DNA from: an uncultured Thiomicrospira sp.
GTDB taxonomy: Bacteria; Pseudomonadota; Gammaproteobacteria; CAKMZV01
Reading direction: 5' to 3'
Length of the DNA: 64,000 bases
Assembly (NCBI GenBank): GCA_965195345.1
Contig: OZ239628.1
Coordinates: 320,001-384,000 of the forward strand
The notes below the pieces were generated by a model. That model made no database searches, was not told the origin of the DNA, and worked only from the letters and a program-made list of their open reading frames with translations. This document shows positions 1 through 10,169 of the stretch, one piece after another (position 1 is the stretch's first letter; every line of letters starts with the position of its first letter). A program made the position numbers and the translations under genes.

Positions 1-1
1 A

Positions 2-3000
2 ATTGCAGCCTCTACGTACACTGTTGATGTAACAGCGACGGTGCGTGTTTCGGATGTCAATATAAACGTTAATGTAGGCGATGGTTTAGAGTTTGCGGAT
101 TTTCCAAGTACAGGTGTACTATTGGTTAATAGGGATTATCAAATTAGAGTGCCCGCAGGTTCGACTTCGGCAGAGATTGTTTTCCCAATCGTGCAAGATA
201 CGTTGTATGAGACGACAGAGGTTTTGAGTGCTTCTTTGGTCTTGGTTGAACCCAGTAGTAGAGCATTCCTTGTCACGAGTGATTTTGTTGTAGAGGTGAG
301 TGATGATGATATTGCAACGGCGTCGCTTTCAGTGACAAATGCTTCTGAGCGTACTGGTCAAGGAAGCACTTTCACAGTATCTTTGGATAAAGTAAATAAT
401 ACGGGTCGTCCGTTATTGTTCCGATTGAGTTCATTTGGACGAGGGAGTCTGGATGATGACTTTAGCTTTGATTTGTCCCAAAATAATGTAAGTGAACGCA
501 ATCAAATTTTGATTTTGGCAGGAAGTACGTCAGGCGAAGTGATTCTTGGAGTGATTGATGATGCTCTTTTTGAGAACGATGAATCACTGAGTTTAGTTTT
601 CTCAAGTGTTACTCTTGGAATTAGTGATCAGCCGGCACCGGCAATTGTATTATTGGGAACGCAAACGTTGATTATTGAAGACAATGATAATTCAAGTATA
701 ACTTTGCAGTTGAGTGCGGCGGCTACATCGGTGGATGAAGGAGGTTCTTTAGAGATTGATGCAACCTTGAGGCGCAACGGCAATCGCATTGTCAATAACA
801 CTGCCTCTTCAATCACTGCTTCGCTTACATATCAAGGGCGTCCAATTTTTGGAACGGATTTCCTTTCGAGTACACAATTGAGCGTTTCGGTTGGAAATGA
901 TGCTACCCGTTTTAGTTTGGAAGGTATCGAAGATGATTTATTAGAAGGGGATGTGCCATTATCGATTATTGCATCGAATTTGAGTGATCCTGCCGTCAGT
1001 GGTTCGAGTTTACAAATAACGGTGCTTGATAATGAGCAAGCGGATATAGTCTTAGGGGTGACAAATGGCACAGAAGATGGAGATCCGTTGCGTATTAGTG
1101 TGCAGTTGGTGAGCCAAACAAGTACGCCTTTGGTGAATCAAACGGTTTCAACTATTGGAATTAGTGTGTCAATTATTTCCCCGCCTGTACCCAATGCAGT
1201 CAATTCAAGTTTGGATTTAGTGATCACGACTTTGGGGATAAGTATCGCGACGGGCTCTTCTACAGGCATGCTCAGTATTGCAGTTGTGGATGATAATTTA
1301 TTTGAAGACGATGAGCCGGTTGATGTTGGTATTTCTTCGGCGAGTATTCGACAGATTTTAGTGGACCCGACTCTATTACAACGTGCACTAATTATTGATA
1401 ATGATAACGGGACGAATACGATTCAAGTGGTGCTTGATCCTATTCAAGATGCTCAAGAAGGTGGTTCGCCTGCAGTGTTTGGTCTCAGTATTGCGACGAC
1501 GAATAATACGGGCTTCCCCTTAGTCATTCCTCTTGCGCACAGTGGTCAAGCCAGTAGTAGTGATCTTCGTGTAGCCATAGATAGTGTGAGCATACCTAAC
1601 GGCTTGTCATCGATTAATTTTAATGTGGATGTAACGGATGATGATTTATTTGAGAGTACAGAAACGCTGATTATCACTGTTTTGGATCCACCTAATGCGG
1701 CTCTAAATGAGGCTGGAGCATCTACGCAAGTTTACATTTTTGATGATGAGGCGCAACGGGGTGTTACGGCTACGGTGCAGATTTCAAACAATCTTTTTGA
1801 GCCACAATCACAAACAACAATAACGGTATCACTTGCGTTGCGCAACGATACACCTGATACGATTACGGTTACAGTGAGCTATGCGTCAGGGGATGCCCAA
1901 GTAGGTTTAGACTTTAATGCCGATACAAGCTACGTTATTGCGCAAGGTTCAACCAGCGGCAGTGTTATAGCCACGGTTATTGATGATGATTTATTTGAGA
2001 GTACTGAGAGTCTGAGTGTGGAAGTGATTGCTTCAAATCAGGATGCAATTATAACGGGCGACTCAACACTCGCAAGTGTTGTAGATGATGAGATGGGTCT
2101 ACTTGATGTCCAACTGGTGCGCCCAGGGTCAGAAGAAGGAGAATCATCGGCGGTATTGAAAGTTTCCTTGTTCGTTCCCAATACGAGAACTTTGTTGTTG
2201 AACAACACGGTTGCTCCATTAGCAATCAACTTTAACACGACGGGACAGGCTACATTGGGCTTGGATTATGATGTGCCTTCTTCAGCAGTGGAAATTGCGA
2301 CAGGAACGGCTGAGGCGACGATAACAATAAGCATTGAAGATGATGATTTATTCGAATTGTTAGAAACATTTAATCTAACGTTGCAAAATCCAATACCCGA
2401 TAGTATTGTGATCAACACTCCAACGGTGGTTGTTCCTATCCTCGATAACGATACGGTTGCAATAACTATCACTGCGCTCGATGACACAGAGATTGAGGGA
2501 AGCACGCTTTCTGTTTTAGTTGCCATGAGTAAGGTAAACAATACGAGCTCGGCCTTTGCGGTGGCCCTGCGTGTAAACACATCGAGTACTGGTTTTATTG
2601 CGCAAAATCAGATTGACTCAACCAACGCGGATTATGTTTTTGTGTCCACGCATTCTATATCGCAAGGGGCAACATCGACGTTTATTGCCATTGAAACGCT
2701 CCAAGACACATTGCTTGAGTTTTCACAAGTGATCCCATTAGAGTTGATTTCATCGACAAGAGAGGCAACGGTTTTTTATAGTACGCAAACTGTGATCTTG
2801 ACGATTCTTGATGATGAGAGCACACGGGTTAATTATGTGTTTGTCTCTAATGGAGCAGAGCGAAGTGATAATCAAGCGCCGTTGCGCTTCACGCTGCAGT
2901 TGGATACGGGCGTGACCGCTCTAGCAACAGAGAATCCGTTGTTGTTCGCAGTTACAGCGAACGATTCATCAGGACGTGTGCAGATTTCAACGAGTGTTGC

Positions 3001-6000
3001 GGCAAATGTTGACTTGGTAATTAGTACTGAGCGTATTGTTATTGCTTTAGGAAGCAGTAATACTGAGGTGTCCTACCCTGTTGTAGATGATGGTTTGTTC
3101 GAGGCGTTCTCATCTGAAGAGAGCGTTGATATAGGCATCCGCGCACTCGATAGTCGAGTTTATCTGAGTCAAACGACGATGACTTTTGAGGTGCGAGACA
3201 ATGATAATATCAATATTTTGACTACATTAGAGTTAACCTCTTTGAGCGATAGGATTTTTGAAAGACCAGTTGATGGAGTGGTCACTCAAACAGTACGCGT
3301 TCGAATTGAACTCACCAACAACACCAGCGAGACGATTAGATTCCCATTGGTCTATCCACCTGCGTTAGCAAGCTCAATTACGGACTTTATTCCACAAACA
3401 GGTGTGGATATTGCAAATGGCTCAAGCGTTGGTACAGTAATCATTGCAGCAAGGCAAGATAGGGAAATAGAGGTGGAGGAAAACATCCTTATCAATGTGG
3501 ATGTTACACCGATTGTCAATCCTACTACCCCAGTATTCCGCACAAACTCTTCCAATGGTAGTGATCAAGTGGAAATCTTCATTGTAGATTATGAGTCGTC
3601 TCGAACCAGGTTAAGCTTTAGTCCAATCGCATCTATTGATGAGGGCAGCACAGAGACGTTTGTCTTTACCTTGGTAGAAGTTGGCACGAGTGATGTGTTG
3701 AGTAATGGTTTATCGTTAGCAATTGATGTGCCGGTTGCGGTGAGTGGAGTGGTCAACGCATCGGATTACACTATTGATCCGGTCTCGCAACAAATTTCAT
3801 TCCTACCTCAAGAGAGCACAGGGCGTTTGATCTTTATTGCCAATGAAGATATGCTCTTTGAGAATAATGAAACAGCCACGTTGAGTTTTAGTAATGTAGG
3901 AGTTTTAAACAACATTGCAACCTCAACGAGCTTTGTAATCATAGATAACGATAATCGTAATATTCCTGTTTCAATCACTCAAATTAGTCCGCTAACAGAA
4001 GGGTTTCAATTGGGCGAGGTTGCTGTAAGTATTGGCTCGACGAATAACACTCAATCTTCGATTAGCATTAGAGTAATAACGATGAATGGAAGCACACTCA
4101 ATCCATCATTGCTCTTTGATGCTATTTCAGGACTTGATTACGTTTCAACGGATGCTACAGTAATTATTCCCCCTGGTGCTCGTTCGGCTATTTTTCCAAT
4201 AGAGGGTTTAGCGGATAATGTATTTGAAGCTACTGAGACGGTGTATTTAAGTTATCTTAATTCCAATGCTGGGCAATCGTTCGCTTTACTTCCGAATCCA
4301 ACAGGGGTCATTTCGATAGTGGATGAGGAATTTGAAAGTGCCCGAGTAGGACTTTCTACGATTAGTTCTGCGACAGAAGGTCTCGTAACTGGTCGATTGT
4401 CTTTGTCATTCTTCTCAGGTGTGATCAATGATTATGGACCATTGCTTTTTGATATGCGTTTTGTTCCAACGGCAAGTACGTCCGTGGATGCTGATACAGA
4501 TTTTGTTAATTCTCAAAGAGTTATTGCATTGGGTGCATCGGGAACAACTATCAATATTACCGCGGTGGATGATAATTTGTTTGAAACAACACAGACGGCC
4601 GTTTATAGTATTCAATCGTCTGGAGTGGCGACTATTTCACAAAATAGAACATTGATGACAATCAATGACAATGACTTTGGTCCTTATCAAATAACGGTTC
4701 CTGCTTTGAGTGCTGGTGATATAGAGCTTCTTGAGGGCGGAGCAACATATACCTTGATTGTTGATATGGGCATTGAAAACAATACAAATGTGCCATTTGA
4801 TATAGGGATTGCTTTGTCAGGTACAGCCGAAATCGGCATTGACTACACTATTTCTTCACAGGTTATTAGGGTTCCGGTAGGCTCTCGCATCGGCACTATT
4901 GAGATCGTGCCTTTACAAGATTCACGATTTGAGGATGATCAGGAGATTCTGATAACGTTTACTGATATAGCGTTCCCATATTTTTCAGCGCAACCATCAA
5001 CGTTTGCAATCTTGATAATAGATGATGATAACACCACCGTTACTGTTAGCATCAGTTCTTCACCGAGCGTTATTTTTGAACCTCAAGGCACGAGTTTGAC
5101 TGCAATGAATCAAGTAGAAGTAGAAGTTGCACTGTCAACGACGAACTATACCCAGTCGGCTATTGAATTGACGCTTGTTCTAGGTGACAGCGCGGGCGCT
5201 CAAGATGTTACGGGCATTCCAGATTTTGTGCGGATAAATCCTGGTGATACGACTGCGACGTTTATTGTTTTTGCTTTAGCGGACAATAGACTTGAGGGTA
5301 CAGAACAAGTGAACATAAGCGTGTCTTCAGCCAATAATTCCGCGATTGTTCTAGGCAGTTCTTACACGTTGATAATAGAAGATCTTTTAATTAGAGATTC
5401 TATTGAATTAGTATTCACTTCCGTAGCAGGTTTTGAAAGTCAAACAACGCAAAATTACTTGATAGATGCGCCAACGACGTTTACAGATAGCGTTTCTCCA
5501 TCGCTCATTGGACGTTTAAGCAGAGGTGCTCAAACAGTGATTAATGAGACTGGAACGACGCTGCGTTTGACATTTAGCACGCCAACGGGTACAGCGGTGC
5601 GCAATCAAGATTACACTATTGCTCAGTTTTTAGATATTCCTTCGGGCAACAGTACGGGCACGGCCGTTGTTGAGATTATTGATGATATTTTATTTGAAAA
5701 AACAGAGACGATTGGCGTATTACTCTCAACGGCTTCTTTAGTGCAAGCACACCCAGATCAAGCACGAATAATATCAACAATCAATTTGGATAATAGCTCT
5801 ACAACATTAACGATCATTGATAATGAAGCGCTCTCGAATATTCCTGTTTTTTGGGAACTTGTGCGTAATGGTAGCGAGGAGGTTATTCCATCACAAGTAG
5901 CAGTGCCTATTCAAATGCGTGCATCATTTGATTTTGTAAACAATACCAGTGCGCCGATAATCTTTGGAATAAGCTATTCTGGTAGTGCTGTGGGAGGCAG

Positions 6001-8629
6001 TTCAACGCCTGCTGATTATGTTGATACTCAAACGACCCTTAGCATTAGTGTTGGATCGACGTCGACTATTTTGGAAATACAAATACTGCCTGATCTCATT
6101 CTTGAATCAACAGAAACCGTTATAGTGCAGTTGTTGAATATAAATCTTGAACCTGTTGTCATTACGACACAGAGTGTTACAGGGATTATTTTTGATGCAG
6201 GTATGGATACAGATGGTGATGGATTAACTGACGGAGCTGAACTTTTACTGGGTACGAATCCATTATTGAGAGATACGGATGGTGACGGATTAGGTGATGG
6301 CGCTGAAGTATTTATTCTCACATCAACGACGTTGGGATTAGATATGAATGCGGATCCAACGAACCCAGACACGGATGGTGATGGCATTACGGATGATTTG
6401 GAAGATTTTGATGGAGACACGCTGAACAATCTTCAAGAGATTATTCTGGGTACGGATCCGTACAATGCGGATACCGATGGTGATCGTTTAACAGACGCTC
6501 AAGAGTTGCTTACTAACACCAGCGGAACATTGAGTGATACAGATGGTGATGGAATTACGGATGATTTGGAGGATTTGGATAGTGATGGTTTGTCCAACTT
6601 TGATGAATTTAATTTCTTCAATACGTTAGTGAATACGTCTGATTCAGATGTTGACGGTGTTCTGGATCCGCAAGAAGATAACGACGGTGATGGATTGGGG
6701 AATATATATGAGACACTTGCGAGCAGAGGCAATCCTGATACTGATTTAGATGGTATTTTGGATGGTGCAGAAGACAGCGATGGGGGAACCATTAATTGTA
6801 ATGGTGTTTTAGAAGAATCAGGGGATGGATTGCCCGATGGGCTTGAGCATACGTTAGGCAACGCATTATCCAGAAATGTTACTTCGGCAGATGCACCTTA
6901 TGTAGGCGGGGCGTGCGATGATGATGGAGATGGGATTACAAATGCGGTTGAGGAGTATCTTCAGAGCATAGGAATTGCATCAAACACTGTTACTATGCGC
7001 TCAGATTTTGACTTGGATGGATATCCGGATGTATTTGAAGTCGCACAAAATCTTGATCCTACAGAAGAAGATTATTTGCACGATTTAGATGGGGATAGCA
7101 TTCAAGATATTATCGAGAGTTTCATTTCTTGTGCTGATAATAGCTCATCGACTTTTGATAATGGATTGAACTGTTCTTCGATTAGTGTCTCTCCAGCCAC
7201 AGACATTGATGGTGACCAGCTTCCAGATGTGCTTGAAGTGATAGCAGGTTACGATCCAATGAATGTGAATAGTCCAGTATTAGATGGCAATTTAGATTCA
7301 AACAGTAACGGTATATCGAATGCCCAAGAGCGCTACTTTAGCGATGTCGGCATAAGCAATCCAACGTTGATTTCTGATTTTGATGCGGACGGTATAGCGG
7401 ATGTTCAAGAGATTATCAGCTTAATGAATCCAGTGGTTAATAGCCAACCAGTAATTTGGCACGATTTTTACCAAGTGAGTATTGGTGCAACAAGAGCGTT
7501 ACGCAACAATGATGGTTTAGCTTCATTGACAGTACGCCTTGGTGGATGGCAAGGAGGGTTAGAGCTTTTGGATTGGTCACAAAGTGATCCGCAAGTCATT
7601 AATGCAGTCACGGGAAGTGGTTTATGCCGCTCAAACCACACGGTGCACGGAAGCATTGAAGTTAGTGGCAACTTGACTTGCCAAAGAATAGTTATAGACA
7701 CATCAAGCATAGCACCAGGGGTATATCAATTGGTGACGAATGTGGTTCGGCGTTCAGTTGATGGGACAGTGACCAGTCTCTCAAGAGCAACGATTGCCTT
7801 GCAAGTAACCACGGCAGAGACGGCATTATCAATGCTGCGTGATTTGGATCAGAATGGCTACCCTGATAGTTTACAGAATTTTAGTGGAGTAGTGGCGCAG
7901 GCAAATAATCGCTCAATCGTCACCGCAAATGCAGGTATTGAAAGCGCGATTAAATACAACATACCACGAGTAGGGGATGCTACTCGAGTTGGAGTGCCTA
8001 GTAGCATACGCATTGATGAAACATTCTTGAGCAATTTTGGTAACTTTGGTCGGGCAGCTACGAACGCAGAAGATCCGGTTTTTGCACATGACATTGGAGT
8101 ATTTGATTTTGAAGAGATACAGTTACAATCGGTGAGCACCTATGGAAGGACAATAATTACCTTATCGGAAGGTTTGCCTAGTGGTGGCTTGCAATTTAGA
8201 ACGTATATTCCTGGATTGGGTTGGAGAGACTTTATTGAATCTGGAGGTGATGAGATTCTTTCTGCGAGCATACAAGATTCTGGATGCCCAAGTATTGAGA
8301 GTGGAGTATACGAGCGTTCTCCGAGGTTAGCGGTAGGACATCAATGTTTATTAGTGGTGTTCCTCGATGGGGGTGTTAATGATACGGATGCTTATGATGG
8401 CAGCGTTTACAGTTCAACACGAGGAGTTAATGGTGCTGCTAGGATGGTTCTAGGCATCGCCAACTTTGATTTGGTCGTCACTCTTGGTTCAGGCGGTGGC
8501 GGTGGTGGTGGCTGTAGCATTACTACGGGTTGTAATGGTAATAAAGAATGGACAATGCTGTCGCTACTATTACTCTCTGCAATGCTGATGTTCTTCCGAC
8601 GTGTTAAAAAGATTAGCGTCAAGAATTAA
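2..8629 (+). CDS. Giant surface adhesin, 5'-truncated by the window: ~17 Calx-beta-like repeats, thrombospondin-type-3-like DxDGDG Ca-binding repeats, C-terminal anchor-associated domain and Gly-rich/Cys sorting signal
   Basis: Frame is open from base 2 (ORF track starts at GTG 41), so the true start lies upstream. Recurring V/I-D-D-x-L-F-E-x-x-E and I-x-D-N/D-D/E motifs about every 120 aa; many DTDGDG/DxDxDG motifs in the C-terminal third; ends GGGGGGGCSITTGC-hydrophobic helix-RRVKK. Confidence 0.85.
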   Translation: MAASTYTVDVTATVRVSDVNINVNVGDGLEFADFPSTGVLLVNRDYQIRVPAGSTSAEIVFPIVQDTLYETTEVLSASLVLVEPSSRAFLVTSDFVVEVSDDDIATASLSVTNASERTGQGSTFTVSLDKVNNTGRPLLFRLSSFGRGSLDDDFSFDLSQNNVSERNQILILAGSTSGEVILGVIDDALFENDESLSLVFSSVTLGISDQPAPAIVLLGTQTLIIEDNDNSSITLQLSAAATSVDEGGSLEIDATLRRNGNRIVNNTASSITASLTYQGRPIFGTDFLSSTQLSVSVGNDATRFSLEGIEDDLLEGDVPLSIIASNLSDPAVSGSSLQITVLDNEQADIVLGVTNGTEDGDPLRISVQLVSQTSTPLVNQTVSTIGISVSIISPPVPNAVNSSLDLVITTLGISIATGSSTGMLSIAVVDDNLFEDDEPVDVGISSASIRQILVDPTLLQRALIIDNDNGTNTIQVVLDPIQDAQEGGSPAVFGLSIATTNNTGFPLVIPLAHSGQASSSDLRVAIDSVSIPNGLSSINFNVDVTDDDLFESTETLIITVLDPPNAALNEAGASTQVYIFDDEAQRGVTATVQISNNLFEPQSQTTITVSLALRNDTPDTITVTVSYASGDAQVGLDFNADTSYVIAQGSTSGSVIATVIDDDLFESTESLSVEVIASNQDAIITGDSTLASVVDDEMGLLDVQLVRPGSEEGESSAVLKVSLFVPNTRTLLLNNTVAPLAINFNTTGQATLGLDYDVPSSAVEIATGTAEATITISIEDDDLFELLETFNLTLQNPIPDSIVINTPTVVVPILDNDTVAITITALDDTEIEGSTLSVLVAMSKVNNTSSAFAVALRVNTSSTGFIAQNQIDSTNADYVFVSTHSISQGATSTFIAIETLQDTLLEFSQVIPLELISSTREATVFYSTQTVILTILDDESTRVNYVFVSNGAERSDNQAPLRFTLQLDTGVTALATENPLLFAVTANDSSGRVQISTSVAANVDLVISTERIVIALGSSNTEVSYPVVDDGLFEAFSSEESVDIGIRALDSRVYLSQTTMTFEVRDNDNINILTTLELTSLSDRIFERPVDGVVTQTVRVRIELTNNTSETIRFPLVYPPALASSITDFIPQTGVDIANGSSVGTVIIAARQDREIEVEENILINVDVTPIVNPTTPVFRTNSSNGSDQVEIFIVDYESSRTRLSFSPIASIDEGSTETFVFTLVEVGTSDVLSNGLSLAIDVPVAVSGVVNASDYTIDPVSQQISFLPQESTGRLIFIANEDMLFENNETATLSFSNVGVLNNIATSTSFVIIDNDNRNIPVSITQISPLTEGFQLGEVAVSIGSTNNTQSSISIRVITMNGSTLNPSLLFDAISGLDYVSTDATVIIPPGARSAIFPIEGLADNVFEATETVYLSYLNSNAGQSFALLPNPTGVISIVDEEFESARVGLSTISSATEGLVTGRLSLSFFSGVINDYGPLLFDMRFVPTASTSVDADTDFVNSQRVIALGASGTTINITAVDDNLFETTQTAVYSIQSSGVATISQNRTLMTINDNDFGPYQITVPALSAGDIELLEGGATYTLIVDMGIENNTNVPFDIGIALSGTAEIGIDYTISSQVIRVPVGSRIGTIEIVPLQDSRFEDDQEILITFTDIAFPYFSAQPSTFAILIIDDDNTTVTVSISSSPSVIFEPQGTSLTAMNQVEVEVALSTTNYTQSAIELTLVLGDSAGAQDVTGIPDFVRINPGDTTATFIVFALADNRLEGTEQVNISVSSANNSAIVLGSSYTLIIEDLLIRDSIELVFTSVAGFESQTTQNYLIDAPTTFTDSVSPSLIGRLSRGAQTVINETGTTLRLTFSTPTGTAVRNQDYTIAQFLDIPSGNSTGTAVVEIIDDILFEKTETIGVLLSTASLVQAHPDQARIISTINLDNSSTTLTIIDNEALSNIPVFWELVRNGSEEVIPSQVAVPIQMRASFDFVNNTSAPIIFGISYSGSAVGGSSTPADYVDTQTTLSISVGSTSTILEIQILPDLILESTETVIVQLLNINLEPVVITTQSVTGIIFDAGMDTDGDGLTDGAELLLGTNPLLRDTDGDGLGDGAEVFILTSTTLGLDMNADPTNPDTDGDGITDDLEDFDGDTLNNLQEIILGTDPYNADTDGDRLTDAQELLTNTSGTLSDTDGDGITDDLEDLDSDGLSNFDEFNFFNTLVNTSDSDVDGVLDPQEDNDGDGLGNIYETLASRGNPDTDLDGILDGAEDSDGGTINCNGVLEESGDGLPDGLEHTLGNALSRNVTSADAPYVGGACDDDGDGITNAVEEYLQSIGIASNTVTMRSDFDLDGYPDVFEVAQNLDPTEEDYLHDLDGDSIQDIIESFISCADNSSSTFDNGLNCSSISVSPATDIDGDQLPDVLEVIAGYDPMNVNSPVLDGNLDSNSNGISNAQERYFSDVGISNPTLISDFDADGIADVQEIISLMNPVVNSQPVIWHDFYQVSIGATRALRNNDGLASLTVRLGGWQGGLELLDWSQSDPQVINAVTGSGLCRSNHTVHGSIEVSGNLTCQRIVIDTSSIAPGVYQLVTNVVRRSVDGTVTSLSRATIALQVTTAETALSMLRDLDQNGYPDSLQNFSGVVAQANNRSIVTANAGIESAIKYNIPRVGDATRVGVPSSIRIDETFLSNFGNFGRAATNAEDPVFAHDIGVFDFEEIQLQSVSTYGRTIITLSEGLPSGGLQFRTYIPGLGWRDFIESGGDEILSASIQDSGCPSIESGVYERSPRLAVGHQCLLVVFLDGGVNDTDAYDGSVYSSTRGVNGAARMVLGIANFDLVVTLGSGGGGGGGCSITTGCNGNKEWTMLSLLLLSAMLMFFRRVKKISVKN

Positions 8630-8742
8630 CTCCTTTGTTTGTGTTTCTTGACACATTTTGAAACGAAAGGCAGATTTTTATTTATTAAAATCAGTATAAT
8701 TCCCACGCTTTGACTTTGTAGGAAGAATTAAAATATCTTCAA

Positions 8743-8827
8743 GGTGGGATTCCCGAGCGGCCAAAGGGGGCAGACTGTAAATCTGCTGGCACTGCCTTCG
8801 GAGGTTCGAATCCTCCTCCCACCACCA
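8743..8827 (+). tRNA. tRNA-Tyr(GTA)
   Basis: GGTGGGA/TCCCACC acceptor stem, GCAGA-CTGTAAA-TCTGC anticodon arm, long variable arm, GGTTCGAATCC T-arm, CCA end. Confidence 0.97.
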
Positions 8828-8900
8828 TATCCATTAATTATTTAATGGCGAACTTGGTACGACTGAAAACCTACTGCTGAAGTCAATTAAAGCACACACT

Positions 8901-8975
<75 letters not shown>

Positions 8976-8978
8976 GCT

Positions 8979-9054
<76 letters not shown>

Positions 9055-9067
9055 TATCAAAACCAGT

Positions 9068-9104
9068 AAGAAAAAGGCTTTAGCCTTATTTCTTTAGTTT
9101 TTTT
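9068..9104 (+). terminator. Probable intrinsic terminator of the tRNA operon
   Basis: AAGAAA-AAGGC ttta GCCTT-a-TTTCTT hairpin followed by a T-rich run, directly after tRNA-Thr. Confidence 0.5.
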
Positions 9105-9141
9105 CTGAATATCCTAATTTAAGCGACTAAACACATTTATT

Positions 9142-9486
9142 TTATGGAAGTTCCTTACTGAGCTCCCCTTCAATATTAATAGTGAACTCACGTACTTTAG
9201 CTCTAAGAGATAGCTTCCCGTCAGCCAGCTTGCCTCTAAATACTGCAGCATATTCATCAAGAAAAACCAATGATTCTACCGCCATACTGTGTTTTTTAAC
9301 ATTGACAAATGCAGAGAAATTTTCCCCGTCAATTTCATACTTCCCAGTATATAGAAAGTTTCCATCTCCTCCATATATTTGTTCTTTTTCTAAAAAACAA
9401 ACACCAGCACCGAATCGAACTTCAGTCCCTCCGCTTGCTGTTGCTGTAAAACGAACAACCCATAAACCCTCTACTGACGTTGACAT
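9142..9486 (-). CDS. GrlR-family-like small beta-barrel protein
   Basis: EGLWVVRF...GAGVCFLEKEQIYGGDGNFLYTGKY pattern typical of GrlR-like proteins; RBS AAGGAGA precedes ATG 9486 (ORF track start is 9519). Confidence 0.6.
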   Translation of the reverse strand: MSTSVEGLWVVRFTATASGGTEVRFGAGVCFLEKEQIYGGDGNFLYTGKYEIDGENFSAFVNVKKHSMAVESLVFLDEYAAVFRGKLADGKLSLRAKVREFTINIEGELSKELP

Positions 9487-9931
9487 GCTTTCTCCTTTTC
9501 TGTGTTCCGTAAAATTCAAAGAAATTATATCTCAAATTTGTAAAACAATAATTTTCCTTACTCCATCTTCCAACAACGCACAGTCGTCATACGATTATGC
9601 CATTTATCATGTGCGCCGATTTTCAAATCATTGCCCACAAAAACCTCACAAAGGAGCAGAGGCGGTCTGCGATTTACTGGCGAAAGGATGGCGATTGCAT
9701 GGAAGCATCGCCTATGCTCAGCATCACGTGCCAGCGAGAAACCCAAAAGAGCCGGGCGGATAGGTCGAGGCTAATGAATCATGGGTATATGTGCAAGCTA
9801 TGAAATCACCTAAGGAGAAGGGCATGAAAAACATTAAAAAAAGCACTGATGCGTGAGATAGCAATTGCACAAAAGATGAGTATTAAAAAGGGCTAAAGAC
9901 TTTAATCATAGTCAAATCAGGCGGGTTAAGT

Positions 9932-10169
9932 AGGAAGTTTTCTGACACGATGAAAAGAGCTACACAACGCATAGAGACTTATATGAATATCTATTATTGT
10001 AAAAAATGGACAAGTGGCGGGCGTGATATTCAACTTGAAAAACAACTTTAATTGGCAGGACAAAACAGCGATAGAAACGAATTCCCAAGATTATGACCCT
10101 GTTAGAATATATTTGCCCGATAATAACAGAGACCCCCAATTAACGCAAAGGCTAATTAATGAGCGATAA
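9932..10169 (+). pseudogene. Frameshifted fragment of a phage terminase small subunit (DNA-packaging gp3-like)
   Basis: One frame reads FSDTMKRATQRIETY (9938-9982). A +1 frame reads KNGQVAGVIFNLKNNFNWQDKT...VRIYLPDNNRD (from 10002, stop 10167-10169). Both resemble TerS C-terminal motifs; no intact 5' end. Confidence 0.55.

Noticed and set aside
6200-6800. DNA-level repeats such as ACAGATGGTGATGG / GATGATTTGGA, considered as a CRISPR array or DGR template/variable repeats
   Set aside because: They are in-frame DTDGDG coding repeats with irregular spacing; no cas or reverse transcriptase gene is present and there is no adenine-specific mismatch pattern.
628-8622. Many short antisense ORFs over the giant adhesin gene (e.g. 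6028-6429, 6499-6861)
   Set aside because: They are Ser/Pro-rich shadows of the Asp/Gly codon repeats on the coding strand, with no independent motifs.
9182-9803. ORFs 9182-9763(+), 9558-9746(-) and 9597-9803(+)
   Set aside because: The first is antisense to the GrlR-like gene; the others have no recognisable motif and are probably decayed phage DNA.
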